Part shown: positions 25,689 through 38,923 of the stretch, one piece after another
Layout of the letters: every line of letters starts with the position of its first letter
Numbering within the stretch: position 1 is the first letter of the stretch
Source of the DNA: Heterodontus francisci
Taxonomy: Eukaryota
Assembly: GCF_036365525.1 (NCBI RefSeq)
Contig: NC_090404.1
Location: 6,510,001 to 6,574,000 of the forward strand
Direction of reading: 5' to 3'
DNA: 64,000 bases
Notes under the pieces: model-generated
What the model was told of the DNA's origin: nothing
Seen by the model: the letters and a program-made list of their open reading frames with translations, nothing else
Database searches by the model: none
Position numbers and translations under genes: made by a program

Positions 25689-26609
25689 GAGGCAGAGAGG
25701 TTTCGGGAGAGATTTCCAGAGTTTAGGCCTTGGCAGCTGAAGGCACGGCCACCAATGGTGAAGCAATTAAAACCAAGAATGCTGAGGAGGCCAGAATTAG
25801 ATGAGTCCAGCTATCTCTGAGGGTTGTAGGGCTGGAGAAGGATAAAGAAGTGGTGTGGAGCGAGGCCATGGAGGGATTTGAAAACAAGGATCAGTGTTTT
25901 AAAATTCAGGTGCAACATAACAGGGAGCCATTTCAGTCTCAGTGTTTAATGGATATGTGGTCGGCAGTTCATCTTGGGCTCAAATATGACACCGAGATTG
26001 TGAACCTCAGAGTTGACACGGAGAGGTGGGGATTTGGTGTCTCAGGAGTGGAGTTGACAGCCAAAACAGAAGACAATGGCTTCATTCTTTCCAATATTGA
26101 AATGCAGGAAACTTCTCGAGAACTAGATGTCAGACAAGTCAGGATGGTGTGTGACTTGGGGGGGAACCTGGAGAAGATGGTGTTTACATACACCTGCTAC
26201 CCTGGTCCTTCTAGCTTGTGGAGGTTAGGGGTTTGGGAGGTTTTGTCAAAGTCCTTTTCCCCCTACCTCTCCCATCTCTCTCTCTCTCTCTCTCTCTCAT
26301 AGAGGCCAGAGTCTTGTGTAGGCCCAGACTGGGTGACGATTTCCCTTCCCTGAAGGACATTAGTGAACCAGTTCAGTTTTTACAACAATTCAGCAACTTT
26401 CAAGATCTCTTTTCCAAGTGCCAGCCCACAAACTACCATATTCATTCAGCTCAATTTCACAACCTGCCTTTGTGTTTTTGTGGGATCTTTCACATGCCCA
26501 TTTTCCTGTTTTCAATCAGTTTCACAGGGGAAGGGATATCCAGACATCACATCAGGACCTGATGGAGTTGCCCAATTTACCATAACCTGAATATCATAGA
26601 ATTTTGAAC

Positions 26610-27647
26610 ATGGAACAAAAAAGCACCATTGACAGTGGAGAGAAAGTGTACACATGTTCTGTGTGTGGGCGAGGCTTCAGCCATTCATCTGGCCTATCAA
26701 GACACAAGTGCAGTCACACCAGGAAGGAGCCAAGGAAATATATGGACTCTGGGAAGGGATCTAATTACCCGTTTGAGCTGGAAACTCATCGGCGCAGTCA
26801 CACTGTGGAGAGGCCGTTCGCCTGCTCCATGTGTGGGAAGGGATTCACTCAGTCATCCCACCTGCTAACACACCAACGAGTTCACACCGGGGAGAGGCCA
26901 TTCACCTGCTCCATGTGTGGGAAGGGATTCACTCAGTCATCCCACCTGCTAACACACCAACAAGTTCACACCGGGGAGAAGTCTTTCAGCTGCTCTGAGT
27001 GTGGAAAGGGATTCACTACTTCATACAACCTTCTGACACACCAACGAGTTCACACTGGGGAGAGGCCGTTCACATGCTCCGTGTGTGAGAAGGGATTCAC
27101 ACAGTTATCCACCCTGCTGACACACCAGCGTACACACACTGGGGAGCGGCCATTCACCTGCTCCGTGTGTGGGAAGGGATTCATTAATTCATCACATCTG
27201 CTGAGACACCAGCGAGATCACACTGGGGAGAAGCCATTTACCTGCCCTGTGTGTGAGAAGGGATTCACTAATTCAACCCACCTTTTGACACACCAGCGAG
27301 TTCACACTGGAGAGAGGCCGTTCACCTGCGCAGTGTGTGAAAAGCGATTCACTCAGTTATCCACCCTGCTGACACACCAGCGCATGCACACTGGGGAGAG
27401 GCCATTCAGCTGCACTGTGTGTGCGAAGGGATTCACAAATTCATCCCAGCTGCTGAGACACCAGCGAGTTCACACAGGGGAGAGGCCATTCACCTGCTCC
27501 GTGTGTGGGAAGGGATTCACTCAGTCATCCACTCTGTTGGTACACCAGCGAGTTCACACTGGGGAAAGGCCGTTCACCTGCTCCATCTGTGGGAAGAGAT
27601 TTGCTCGTTCATCCAACCTGCTGACACACCAGCGAGTTCACAAATAA
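26610..27647 (+). CDS. C2H2 zinc-finger protein (ZNF-2), 11 canonical and 1 degenerate finger
   Basis: Open frame from the ATG at 26610 with TGERPF linkers, ending HQRVHK*. Candidate acceptors end at 26519 and 26528; the paralogous 3'UTR carries AATAAA near 27761. Confidence 0.88.
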   Translation: MEQKSTIDSGEKVYTCSVCGRGFSHSSGLSRHKCSHTRKEPRKYMDSGKGSNYPFELETHRRSHTVERPFACSMCGKGFTQSSHLLTHQRVHTGERPFTCSMCGKGFTQSSHLLTHQQVHTGEKSFSCSECGKGFTTSYNLLTHQRVHTGERPFTCSVCEKGFTQLSTLLTHQRTHTGERPFTCSVCGKGFINSSHLLRHQRDHTGEKPFTCPVCEKGFTNSTHLLTHQRVHTGERPFTCAVCEKRFTQLSTLLTHQRMHTGERPFSCTVCAKGFTNSSQLLRHQRVHTGERPFTCSVCGKGFTQSSTLLVHQRVHTGERPFTCSICGKRFARSSNLLTHQRVHK

Positions 27648-27859
27648 CTACAATGGTTGGATTCTCCTGTTAATAACATTCAGGACTGAACCATGTTCAT
27701 TGGGGTCTGTTTATGCTGATCTAGCCCAGTTACAGGGGTTAATATTCTGGATAAAAGTCAAATAAATCAGTTTAGTGTTAAACACACAGTGTGTCGAGAC
27801 TTTTTAATATCTCTAACACAACTCACTTCCTTTTGAAGTGCTCTCCCCATCTTTTCCAT

Positions 27860-28945
27860 CCTCAACATTCGCGCTACACAAGTGCCAGGCAATGACCATC
27901 TCCAACAAGAGAGAATCTAACCATCTCCCCTTGACATTCAATGGCATTACCATCGCTTAATCCCCCACTATCAACATCCCAGGGGCTACCATTGACCAGA
28001 AACTGAACTGGAGTAGCCAACAGAGTGGCACAGTGGCGCAGTGGTTAGCACCGCAGCCTCACAGCTCCAGCGACCCGGGTTCAATTCTGGGTACTGCCTG
28101 TGTGGAGTTTGCAAGTTCTCCCTGTGTCTCCGTGGGTTTTCGCCGGGTCCTCCGGTTTCCTCCCACCACCAAAGACTTGCAGGTGGATAGGTAAATTGGC
28201 CATTATAAATTGCCCCTAGTATAGGTAGGTGGTAGGGGAATATAGGGACAGGTGGAGTTGTGGTAGGAATATGGGATTAGTGTAGGATTAGTATAAATGG
28301 GTGGTTGATGGTCGGCATAGACTCCGTGGACCAAAGGGCCAGTTTCAGTTGTGTATCTCTAAATAAATAAATACCGTGGCTACAAGAGCAGGTCAGAGGC
28401 TAGGAATCCTGAGGCGAGTAACTCACCTCCTGACTCCACAAAGCCTGTCCACCATCGACAAGGCACAAGTCAGGAGTGTGATGGAATACTCTACACTTGC
28501 CTGGATGGGTGCAGCTCCAACAATACTCAAGAAGCTCGACACCATCCACAGACATTCACTCCCTCCACCACCGACACACAGTGGCAGCAGTGTGTACCAT
28601 CTACAAGATGCACTGCAGCAATGCACCAAGGCACCTTAGACAGCACCTTCCAAACCCGCGACCTCTACCAACTAGAAGGACAAGGGCAGCAAATACATGG
28701 GAACACCACCACCTGCAAGTTCCCCTCGAAGTCGCATACCATCCTGACTTGGAACTATATAGTCATTCCTTCACTGTCGTTGGGTCAAACTCCCGGAACT
28801 CCCTTCCTGCAGCACTGTGGGTATACCTACCCCAAATGGACTGCAGCGGTTCAAGAAGGCAGCTCACCACCACCTTCTCAAGAGCAATTGGGGATGGGCA
28901 ATAAATGCTGGCCTGGCCAGTGACACCCACATCCCATGAATGAAT
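27860..28945 (+). mobile_element. Family B LINE 3' fragment containing a SINE
   Basis: ATRAGQRLGILRRVTHLLTPQSLSTI..VRSVMEYS; ends catcccatgaatgaataaaaaaaaaa. Confidence 0.85.
28021..28372 (+). mobile_element. tRNA-derived SINE (HE1/V-SINE-like)
   Basis: A-box tggcgcagtgg, B-box ggttcaattc, conserved core and CR1-like tail; five near-identical copies in the window. Confidence 0.9.
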
Positions 28946-28949
28946 AAAA

Positions 28950-31640
28950 AAAAAACTCCAACAAGAAGTGCGAGGAGCTCATGGACTTCTTTGTCACTAA
29001 GTTTGAGACCATCCAATCAGCTGCCTCTGCTGCTTCACTCCCTTCCAGTAGTCCACTGGACCAAACTGCCTCGAAAGTGCCCCTTTCTCCAAGCCCAGCA
29101 CTTTCATCTTTATCTAGTTTCTCTCCTCTCTCCCCTCCTGCCCACTCAGAGCTTGTCTTGTCCATGAGACCCACCTCCTGCTCCCTCAACCCTATTCCCA
29201 CTAAACTGTTGACTTCCCAACTTCCCCATGTTCACTGATATTATTGATGGATCTTTCTCTTCAGATACGTCATCGAACCAGAGAAAGTTTATGGCACAGA
29301 AAGAGGCCACTTGGCCCGTGTCTGTGCCAACCAAAAAAAATGATCCACCCACTCTAATCCCACCTTCCAGCATTTGGTCCGTCACCCTGCAGATTACGGC
29401 ACTTGAGGTGCATATCCAGACTCCTTTTGAATGAGTTGCAGGTTTCTGCCTCAACTACCCTTTCAGGCAGTGAGTTCCAGACCCCCACCACCCTCTAGAT
29501 GACAACAAATTTCCTCATCTCTCTAATCGTTTTACCAATCACTTTAAATCTGTGCCCCCTCGTCACTGACCTCTCTGCTAAGGTGAATAGACTCTTCACC
29601 TCCACTCTATCCCAGCCACTCAAAATTTTGTACATTTCAATCAGATCTCCCCTCAGCCTTCTCTGTTCCAAGGAGAACTAAGCCAGCCTATCCAATCTTT
29701 CCTCATAGCTGCAGTTTTCCAGTCCCAGCAACATCCTTGTAAATCTCTGCACCCTCTCTAGTGCAATTACATCCTTACTGTAATGTCTTGACCAGAGCTG
29801 CACACAGTAATCAAGTTGTGGTCTAACCAGTGAGTTATTCAGTTCCAGCATAACCTCCCTGCTCTTATATTCTATACCTCGGCTAATCAAGGAAAGTATT
29901 CCATATCCCTTCTTAACCACCTTATCGACCTGTCCTGCTACCTTCAGGGATCTGTGGACATTCACTCCAAGGTCCCTCACTTCCTCTACACTTCTCAGTA
30001 TTTTCCCATTAATCGTGTATTCCTTTGTCTTGTTTGACTTCCCCAAATGCATCACCTCACACTTCTCCAGGTTGAAGTCCATTTGCCACTTTTCTGCCCA
30101 TCTGACCAGACCATCAATATCCTCCTGCGGCCTACAGCTATCCTCCTCACTATCTACCACAGGGCCAATCTTTGTGTCGTCTGTAAATGTCTATCCCTCT
30201 CTCTTAAGTTTGCCATCATCCCCTCAAAAAAATCCCTCGGCCCCACTGTCCTTGCAAACTACTGCCCCATCACCAACCTCGCTTATCTCTCAAGTCCGTG
30301 AAAGTGTTGTTGCCTCCTAAATCCTTGCCCATCTTTGAATTCCTCCAATCAGGTGTCTACCTTCCCACCACAGTATCGAAACCGTTCTTATCAAAGTCTC
30401 AAATGAGATACCATGCGGCTGTAACCAAGGTAAACCATCCATCCTTGCTCTTCTCTATCTATTTGCAGAACTTGACAATGTTGACCACAGCCTCCTTTAC
30501 CACCATTTTTCTGTTGTTCCCCAGCTGGGTGGGGCTGCACTCACCTGGTTTCATTCCTGGTTATCTAATCATAGCCAGAGGATCACTTGCAATGGTTTTT
30601 CTTCCCACTCCTGCACAGTTACTTCTGGTGTTCCCCCAACGATCTGTCCTTGCCACCCCCACCCCGCACTTCCTATTTCTCCTCTACGTACTGCCACTCA
30701 GTGACATTGTCTGAAAACACAGTGTTAGTTTTCACATGTATGCTAATAACAGCTGGCAATACCTCACCACCACCTCTTTCAACTCCTCCACTTTTGCTAA
30801 ATTATCTGACTGCTTGTCTGACATCCAGGACTGGATGAGCCGGAATTTCTTGCAGTTATATACTGGGAAGACAAAGGTCTTTGTTCTGTACTACAGACAT
30901 CATTCCATAGCTACCAACTGCAACCCTCTCCCCGGCAACTGTCTGAGACTGAACCAGACTGTTCACAATCTTGGTGTCATATTTAACTCCAAGATGAGCG
31001 CCATCCTACTCCCATCTGCAGAACATTGCCCGACTCCGCCCTGGCCTCATTGTTGAAATCATCATTCATGTCTTGGTTTCCTCTAGATTTGACTATTCCA
31101 ATGCACCCCTGGGCAGCTGTCCACATTCTACCCTCCGTAAACTTGAGGCTATCCAAAACTCTGCTGACTGTGTGCTTACTCACACCAAATCTCGTTCAGC
31201 CATCACCCTCCGTGCTTGCTGACCTACATCAGCTCACAGTCAAGCAATGTCTTGATTTTAACATTCTCATCCTTCTTTCCAAATCCCTCCGTAGCCTCGC
31301 TCCTGCCTACCTCTGTCATCTCCAGGTCCACATCCCTGAGAGATATCTGACATTATCGAATTCTGGCCTCTTGAGCATCTCAGATTTGAATTGCTCCATC
31401 TTTGGTGGCCACACTTTCAGCTGCCTAGGCCTGAGGCTCTGAATTCTCTTCCTAAACCTCCCTACCTCTCTTTCCTGATAGGTGATGCTTCTTAAAACCT
31501 CCCTCTTCGACCAAACCTTTGGCCATCTGCTCTAATACCTCCTTATGTGACTCAGTGTTAAATGTTGCTTTATAACTTTCCTGTGAATTGCCTTGGGATA
31601 TTTTATTCCAATAAGTTGTTATATAAATACAAGTTGTTCT
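28950..31640 (+). mobile_element. L2-like LINE, degenerate, with a CR1 inserted at ~29270-30190 (-)
   Basis: MDFFVTKFETI, CSLNPIPTKLL, a degenerate YADD (MYANN) and WMSRNFLQL; the CR1 ORF 29678-30160 lies on the minus strand. Confidence 0.75.
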
Positions 31641-32049
31641 TGTTTCCTGGCAGCCAGTTTGTACACAGTAAGATTCCACAGACAGCAATGGGACGATTGG
31701 CCTATTCGTCAAGTTTTTATGGTTCTGTTGGTTGAAGCAGGAATGTTTGTCCCACTGCACCAGGAGAACTCCCCTGTGGACACTATGTGGAGTTGCTGAG
31801 GTCTCCTGATTGAGTTGTCGGGCCTGTAGTGTAGCTTGAAGAAGTGCTGTCTGGGATCTTTCCTCTTAGTTCACCGACTCCCAGCTGAAGTCGTTTTTGC
31901 AGTAAAATCGTTAACTTTGAATATCAATCCCCAATTTAAATTTTGGAGTAAAACTTACAACTTTAAATGGGCTGTAAAAGAGGAATAAAGTTCTTGTGTT
32001 GATTTGGCACCTTTCCCACCCTCAGAACATCCCAAAGTGATTCAGAAGG

Positions 32050-32790
32050 AAGAATGAGGCGAGGCAGTATGAACTAAATGGTATAATTTTAAACAGTGCA
32101 GGAACAGAAAGTGCTGGAAGTGTATGTACACAAATCTTTGAAAGTGGCAGGACAGGTTGATCAAGCTCTTTTTAAAAAAGGCTCATCAAGTCCTTAGCTT
32201 TATTAATGGAAGCATGGAGCACAAAAGCAAGGAAGTTATACTGAATATAAAACACTGGTTAATCCTCAACTGGAGCATTGTGTTCAATTCTGAGCACCAC
32301 ACTTTAGGAAAGATGTCAAGGCCTTAGAGAGGGTGCAGGGAAGATTTACTAGGATAGTCTCAGCGATGAGGAGTTTCAGTTATGTGGAGAGACTGCAGAA
32401 GCTGGGACTGTTCTTAGAGCAGAGAAGGTTAAGGAGAGAGTGCATACAGGTGTTGAAACTTTTGAGGGGTTTTGATCGACATGGGGAGAAATTGCAGGAT
32501 GGTTGATAACCACGCGACACAGATTTAAAATAATTGGCAAAAAGCCAGGGTGGAGATGAAGAGAGATTTTACTCAGTGAGTTATGATGATATGGAATACA
32601 TTGCCTGAATGGCTGGTGGGAGCAGATCCAGTGATAACTTTCAAACGTGATTAGGATTTTTATTTGATAAGGAAAGATTTGCAGGGCTCTGGGGAAAGAG
32701 CAGGGGAGTGGGACAGATTGATAGCATTTTCACTGCCAGTACAGTACAATGGGCCAAATGGACACCACCTCTGCTCTATGATAGAATGGA
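32050..32790 (+). mobile_element. Old CR1-type LINE 3' fragment
   Basis: Similar to the 3' ORF2 and UTR of the other CR1 copies (LVNPQLEHCVQF..LERVQ). Confidence 0.7.
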
Positions 32791-33162
32791 ATGGAACAGG
32801 ATAGAGGAGGCTGGAGGGAGCGGGTTGATAAACTCTGGGGCAACACAGGCTTCAGACACACTGAGTGCAGTCCCAGGCCCCAATATAAAACAGGGAACAT
32901 TATCCGATTTACAAACACCTGGTGTAGGCCTCAAACCCAGAATAAGAAGCTACTGGTCCCGCATTTACATCGAGCCGGGCAGCAGCTGTGGGGTTTCTCC
33001 CAGTGACAGGCTCAGGTTAACAGCTGCCATCTTTACAGGAAGCCAGGAGCAGAGAATGTTATGAATTTCTATCCTGGACTGACAGTGCTGGCTTTTGTTA
33101 TCTCCTTTTACAGGGGATTAAAAGGGGAAGATTTAAAGACGGGAAACACAAACCAAGCAGCA

Positions 33163-35715
33163 CTTTATTTTTATTCATTCATGGGATCTGTGTATCGCTG
33201 GCTAGGCCAGCATTTATTGCCCATCTCTAATTTCTCTTGAGAAGGTGGTGGTGAGCTACCTTCTTGAACCGCTGCTGTCCATGGAGTTAGGTACACCCAC
33301 AATGCTGTTAGGAAGGGAGTTCCAGGATTTTGACCCAGCGACAGTGAAGGAATGGCGATATAGTTCCAAGTCAGGATGGTGTGTGACTTGGAGGGCAACT
33401 TGCAGGTGGTGGTATTCCCCTGTGTCTGCTGTCCTTGTCCTTCTAGTTGGTAGAAGTTGTGGCTTTGGAAGGTGCTGTCTAAGGAACCTTGGTGCATTAC
33501 TGCAGTGCATCTTGTAGATGGTACACACTGCTGCCACTGTGCGTTGGAGTGAATGTTTGTGGACAGGGTGCCAATCAAGCGGGCTGCTTTGTCCTGGATG
33601 GTGTCGAGCTTCTAGAGAGTTGTTGGAGCTGCACCCATCCAGGCAAGTGACGAGTATTCCATCACACTCCTGATTTGTGCCTTGTAGATGGTGGACAGGC
33701 TTTGGGGAGTCAGGAGGTGAGTTAATAGCTGCAGGATTCTTAGCCTCTGACCTGCTTTTGTAGTCACGGTATTTATATAGCTACTCCAGTTTCTGGTCAA
33801 TGGTAACCCCCAAGGTACTGATAATGGGGGATTCAGTGATGGTAATGCCATTGAATGTCAAGTGGAGATGGTTAGATTCTCTCTTGTTGGAGATGGTCAA
33901 TGCCTGGCACTTGTGTGGTGCGAATGTTACTTGCCACTTATCAGCCCAAGCCTGGATATTGTCCAAGTCTTGCTGCATTTCCACACAGATTGCTTCAGTA
34001 TCTGAGGAGTCGCTAATGGTGCTGAACATTGTGCAATCATCAGCGAACATCCCCACTTCTGACCTTATGATTGAATTAAGGTCATTGATGAAGCAGCTGA
34101 AGATGGTTGGACCTAAGACACTACCCTGAGGGACTCCTGCAGTGATGCCCTGGAGCTGAGATGATTGACCTCCAACGACCACAACCATCTTCCTTTGCGC
34201 TAGGTATGACTCCAACCAGCAGAGAGATTTTCCCCCTGTTTCCCATTGACTCCAGTTTTGCTCGGGCTCCTTGATGCCATACTCGGTCAAATGCTGCCGT
34301 GATGTCAAAGGCAGACACTCTCTCCTCACCTCTTGAGTTCAGCTCTTTTGTCTACGTTTGAACCAAGGCTGTGATGAGGCCAGGAGCTGAGTGGCCCTGG
34401 CAGAACCACGATGGGCCAAAGGGCCGGTTTCTGTGCTGTATAACTCTATGACTCCATGGAACCTAAACTGAGCGTCACTGAGCAGGATATTGCTGTGCAA
34501 GTGCCGCTTGATAGCACTGTTGATGACACGTTCCAGCACTTTACTGATGATTGAGATTAGACTGATGGGGCAGTAATTGGCTGGGTTGCATCTGTCCTGC
34601 TTTTTGTATATAGGACATACCTGGGTAATTTTCCCCTTGCTGGATAGATGCCAGTGTTGTAGCTGTACTGGAACAGCTTGACTGGGGGTGCGGCAAGTTC
34701 TGGAGCACAGTCTTCAGTACTATTGCTGGAATATTGTCAGGGCCCATAGCCTTTGCAGTATCCAGTGCTTTCAGTCGTTTCTTGATATCACGCGGAGTGA
34801 ATCGAATTGGCTGAAGTCTGGTATCTGTGATGCTGGGGACTTCAGGAGGAGGCTGAGATGGATCATCAGCTCGGCACTTCTGGCTGAAGATTGTTGCAAC
34901 TGCTTCAGCCTTATCTTTCGCACTGGTGTGCTGGGCTCCCCCATCATTGAAGATGGGGATATTTGTGGAGCCACCTCCTCCAGTTAGTTGTTTAATTGTC
35001 CACCACCATTCACGGCTGGATGTGGCAGGACTGCAGAGCTTAGATCTGATCCATTGGTTATGGGATCGCTTAGCTCTGTCTATCGCATGCTGCACGCAAG
35101 TAGTCCTGTGTTGTAGCTTCACCAGGTTGACGCCTCATTTTGAGGCATGCCTGGTGCTGCTCCTGTCATGCTGCCCTCCTGCACTCTTCATTGAACCAGT
35201 GTTGGTCTCCTGGTTTGATGGTAATGGTAGAGTAGGGAATATGCCGGGCCATGAGGTTACAGATTGTGGTTGAATACAATTCTGCTGCTGCTGATGGCCC
35301 ACAGCGCCTCATGGATACCAAGTTGTGAGTTGCTAGATCTGTTCGAAATCTATCCCATTTAGCACGGTGAAAGTGCCACACAACACGATGGAGGGTATCC
35401 TCAGTGTGAAGGTGGAACTTTGTCTCCACAAGGATTGTGTGGTGGTCACCCCTACCAATGCTGTCATGGACAGATGCATCTGCGGCAAGCAGATTGGTGA
35501 GAATGAGATCAAGTATGTTTCTCCCTCTTGTTGTTTCCCTCACCACCTGCCGCATACCCAGTCTATCAGCTGTGTCCTTCAGGACTTGGCCAGCTCGGTC
35601 AGTAGTGGTGCTACTGAGCCACTCTTGGTGATGGACATTGAAGTCCCCCAACTAGAATATATTCTGTGCCCTTGCCACCTTCAGTGCTTCCTGCAGGTGG
35701 TGATCAACACGGATC
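33163..35715 (-). mobile_element. Family B LINE, endonuclease to 3' end, degenerate
   Basis: GDFNVHHQEWL..ILDLIL..GDHH, KAMGPDNIPAIVLK, GVPQGSVLGPTIFSCFINDL and MFADD. Confidence 0.9.
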
Positions 35716-36117
35716 AGCTTCAAGATCTGACAGAGTCACATGATCCATCAGGGCCTGAATATCAAATGTTTGTTCTGTCTGTGGGGAAAAGATTTCAGTC
35801 ATCAGTGTGGCTGGAAAGGCACTGAGACACACACACCCGAGTGAGAGTGTTCCAGTGCACTGACTGTGGAAAGAACTTTAACCAGTTGCACAGCCTGAAA
35901 AAAGCATCACACTATTCACAGCGGGGAGAAACTGTTCAACTGTTCTATGCGTGGACAATGCTTCAAGTGAGTGTCCAATCTGGAGAGACACAAGGACACC
36001 CACACCAGGGACAAACGTGGAAATTTGGGGACTGTGGGATGGCATTCTATTACCCGTCCGAGCTGGGAACTCCTCAACGCAGTTACACTGGGGAGAGGCT
36101 GTCCACCTGCTCCGTGT

Positions 36118-36557
36118 GTTTAGTTTAGTTTAGAGATACAGCGCTGAAACAGGCCCTTCGGCCCACCGAGTCTGTGCCGACCATCAACCACCCATTTATA
36201 CTAATCCTACACTAATCCCATATTCCTACCACATCCCCACCTGTCCCTAACAAAAACAAGAAATGCTGGAATCACTCAGCAGGTCTGGCAGCATCTGTGG
36301 AAAGAGAAGCAGAGTTAACGTTTCGGGTCAGTGACCCTTCTTCGGAACCATATATTTCCCTATATTTCCCTACCACCTACCTATACTAGGGGCAATTTAT
36401 AATGGCCAATTTACCTACCAACCTGCAAGTCTTTTGGCTTGTGGGAGGAAACCGGAGCACCCGGAGAAAACCCACGCAGACACAGGGAGAACTTGTAAAC
36501 TCCACTCCGCTGGAGCTGTGAGGCTGAGGTGCTAACCACTGCGCCACTGTGCCGCCC
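36118..36557 (-). mobile_element. tRNA-derived SINE with a Penelope mini-element inside
   Basis: Reverse complement of the SINE at 28021 with a (tttag)n tail. Confidence 0.9.
36250..36348 (-). mobile_element. Penelope-type terminal-repeat mini-element with a hammerhead-like core
   Basis: Minus strand gtt-CCGAAGA-a-gggtc-act-gaccc-GAAAC-GTT-aac; near-identical to 60817-60915. Confidence 0.65.
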
Positions 36558-37185
36558 AGTGTGGGAACGAATTCACTCAGTCATCTGCCTTGAGATACCA
36601 GCGAGTTCACAAGTGATTGCAGGGGTTGGATTCTGCTGTTAGTCACATCCAAAACTGATCATGTTCATTCTGACAGTTGATGTTTGTTTTGCTAATGTTA
36701 ATAACACCAATAACTAGACTGGAGGTTAATATTCTGGATAAATGTCAAATAAGTCAGCTTTATTTCTAACACATAGTGTGTGGAGTATTTGTTTCCAGGA
36801 ATATAGGAGATTAATTGAAATGCTGGTGTTTACTGTTCCATTTTTGGGCCTTTCTTCCTCTGTTAAGGAAAGACTTGCATTTTTGTAGCATGACATCAGG
36901 ACATCTCAAAACACTTTACAGCCAATGAAGTGTAAAGGCAGCTTTACCCCAAATAGCCAACTCCTGCTCTTATTTCTTTCATTTTCTGTATCTAACACTT
37001 TTTTGTTCTTGATGGGGACAGTGGAGAGGGAGCTTTACTCTGTATCTGATCTGTGCTGTACCTGCTCTGGGAGTGTTTGATGGAGACAGTGTAGAGGGAG
37101 TTTTACTCTGTATCTGATCTGTGCTGTACCTGCTCTGGGAGTGTTTGATGGAGACAGTGTAGAGGGAGTTTTATTCTGTATCTAA

Positions 37186-38130
37186 CACAGTGGCGCAGTG
37201 GTTAGCACCGCAGCCTCACAGCTCCAGCGACCCGGGTTCAATTCTGGGTACTGCCTGTGTGGAGTTTGCAAGTTCTCCTGACAATCTGAGTTCTTTTTGC
37301 CCTCAGTCTGGTTCAGTAAATATACCGAGTCGGATGTGTAGTTAAAATCAATTACTTTATTTGCGCAGTCGCCGGCGGACTTACTCTGACACAGCGGCAC
37401 TGACTTCACCGGAGTCTGTCGGGTCCACCAGAGTAAGTGTTGTTCGTGATACAGATACTACTGTTTATACATTAAGATTCATGCTACACCTCCTTGTTTA
37501 ACCAATCAGTGCAGTACAATTCAACTTCAACCATGCGATAACGTGCAGTACATCTGTTACTGAGGTTAACAATACCCTCCATTCTCAATACATACTTGTT
37601 ACTAATATAATATTGTTTTACACAAGCAAGATAAAAAGCAGGAGCAGAGGAGTCAGCAACGAACATTCTGGCCTCACTCCCCACATCTGTCATGGTTCTG
37701 CTGATACCTTGTGACTGATGGTTGTGGTTAGATTAGCTACAAGCTGCATTCTGTTATTGCTGTTTCTTTAAAATTAAGTTACACTAGCAAAGCTCAGCAA
37801 ACTGCTCCTATTATTCCTAACTTGGCTAAATTTCCCAGTAAGCATAGTGCCATGCCTTTCTGCTCACTTCCACACTCCCTGTGTCTGCGTGGGTTTCCTC
37901 CGGGTGCTTCGGTTTCCGCCCACATGCCAAAAGACTTGCAGGGTGATAGGTTAATTGGCCATTATAAATTGCCCCTAGTATAGGTAGGTGGTAGGGAAAT
38001 ATAGGGACAGGTGGGGATGTGGTAGGAATATGGAATTAGTGTTGGATTAGTATAAATTGGTGGTTGATGGCACAGACTCGGTGGGCCGAAGGGCCTGTTT
38101 CAGTGCTGTATCTCTAAACTAAACTAAACT
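37186..38130 (+). mobile_element. tRNA-derived SINE split by a solo LTR
   Basis: SINE head 37186-37278 and remainder 37875-38130 join seamlessly. Confidence 0.9.
37279..37874 (-). mobile_element. Solo LTR (596 bp)
   Basis: TG...CA termini, a 4-bp TSD CTCC (37275-78 and 37875-78), and minus-strand TATA-like and AATAAA signals. Unrelated by eye to the ERV LTRs at 6.6 and 12.5 kb. Confidence 0.85.
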
Positions 38131-38923
38131 AACCTGTGCTGTACCTGTGCTGGGAGTGTTTGATGGGACAGTGTAGAGGGAGCTTTACTCTGTATCTAAC
38201 CCATTTGTTTTTCCTGTTTTTTTTTAACCCCGTGCTGTACCTGTCCTGGGAGTGTTTGATGGAGACAGTGTTGAGGGAGCTTTACTCTGTATCTAACCTC
38301 ATGCTGTACCTGTCCTGGGAGTGTTTGATGGGCCAGTGGAGAGGGAGCTTTACTTTATCTCTAATCTGTGCTGTACCTGCTCTGGGAGTGTTTGATGGGA
38401 CAGTGGAGAGGGAGCTTGAGGGAATAAGAGAGGAAAAAATGTTCCATAGAAACTAGAATTGTCTATTTTGAATTTCTATCGTGGACTTACAGTGATGACT
38501 TTTGTAAACTCCTTTTACAGGATATAAGAAGGGGAGAATTTGCAGACGATGATTTTATTCTCACTCTGCACACAGGGGGTTTTTCTCCTGAAGATGCTGG
38601 TCAGTGCTGGGGTTACTGTTTACATCTCACTGAATTGTAACTGAAATGATCTGAAATTGTTGAACTCAGTGTTGTGTCTGGAAGGCTGAAGTGCCAACTT
38701 GCAAGATGAGCTGCTGTTCCTCGAGCTTCTGTTGAGCTTCATCAGGACAGTATAGGAGGCCCAGGGCAGAGTGGGAGTGGAAGAGAGAATTAAGATGACA
38801 GGCGACCAGTTCAGGGTCATGATTGCGAACTGAATGGAGGTGTTCCACAAAGTGATCACCCAATCCGCATTTTGTCTTCCCAATGTATAGGAGACTGCAT
38901 TGTGAGAAGTGACTACAGTATAC

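Larger units (their letters stand above)
33114..36616 (+). pseudogene. C2H2 zinc-finger pseudogene (ZNF-3), exon split by a LINE and a SINE
   Basis: Cassette acceptor ends at 33113 and the exon resumes at ~35720 after a LINE. Fingers are frameshifted, the last is split by a SINE (gtgtg duplicated), and it ends cacaagtga with the paralogous 3'UTR. Confidence 0.8.
36985..38416 (+). repeat. ~67-68-bp satellite array (about 7 units), split by a SINE and solo LTR
   Basis: Unit GTGCTGTACCTGCYCTGGGAGTGTTTGATGGGACAGTGTAGAGGGAGCTTTACTCTGTATCTAACC repeated at 36985-37185 and 38130-38416. Confidence 0.9.

Noticed and set aside
28029-28075. RSS at CACAGTG in SINE heads
   Set aside because: No nonamer was apparent at 12 or 23 nt; the heptamer is part of the SINE 5' end.
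28021-28100. tRNA gene
   Set aside because: The A and B boxes continue into a SINE body and tail found five times in the window.
36985-38416. CRISPR-like array
   Set aside because: Units are contiguous with no unique spacers, no cas genes are present and the context is vertebrate; it is a satellite.
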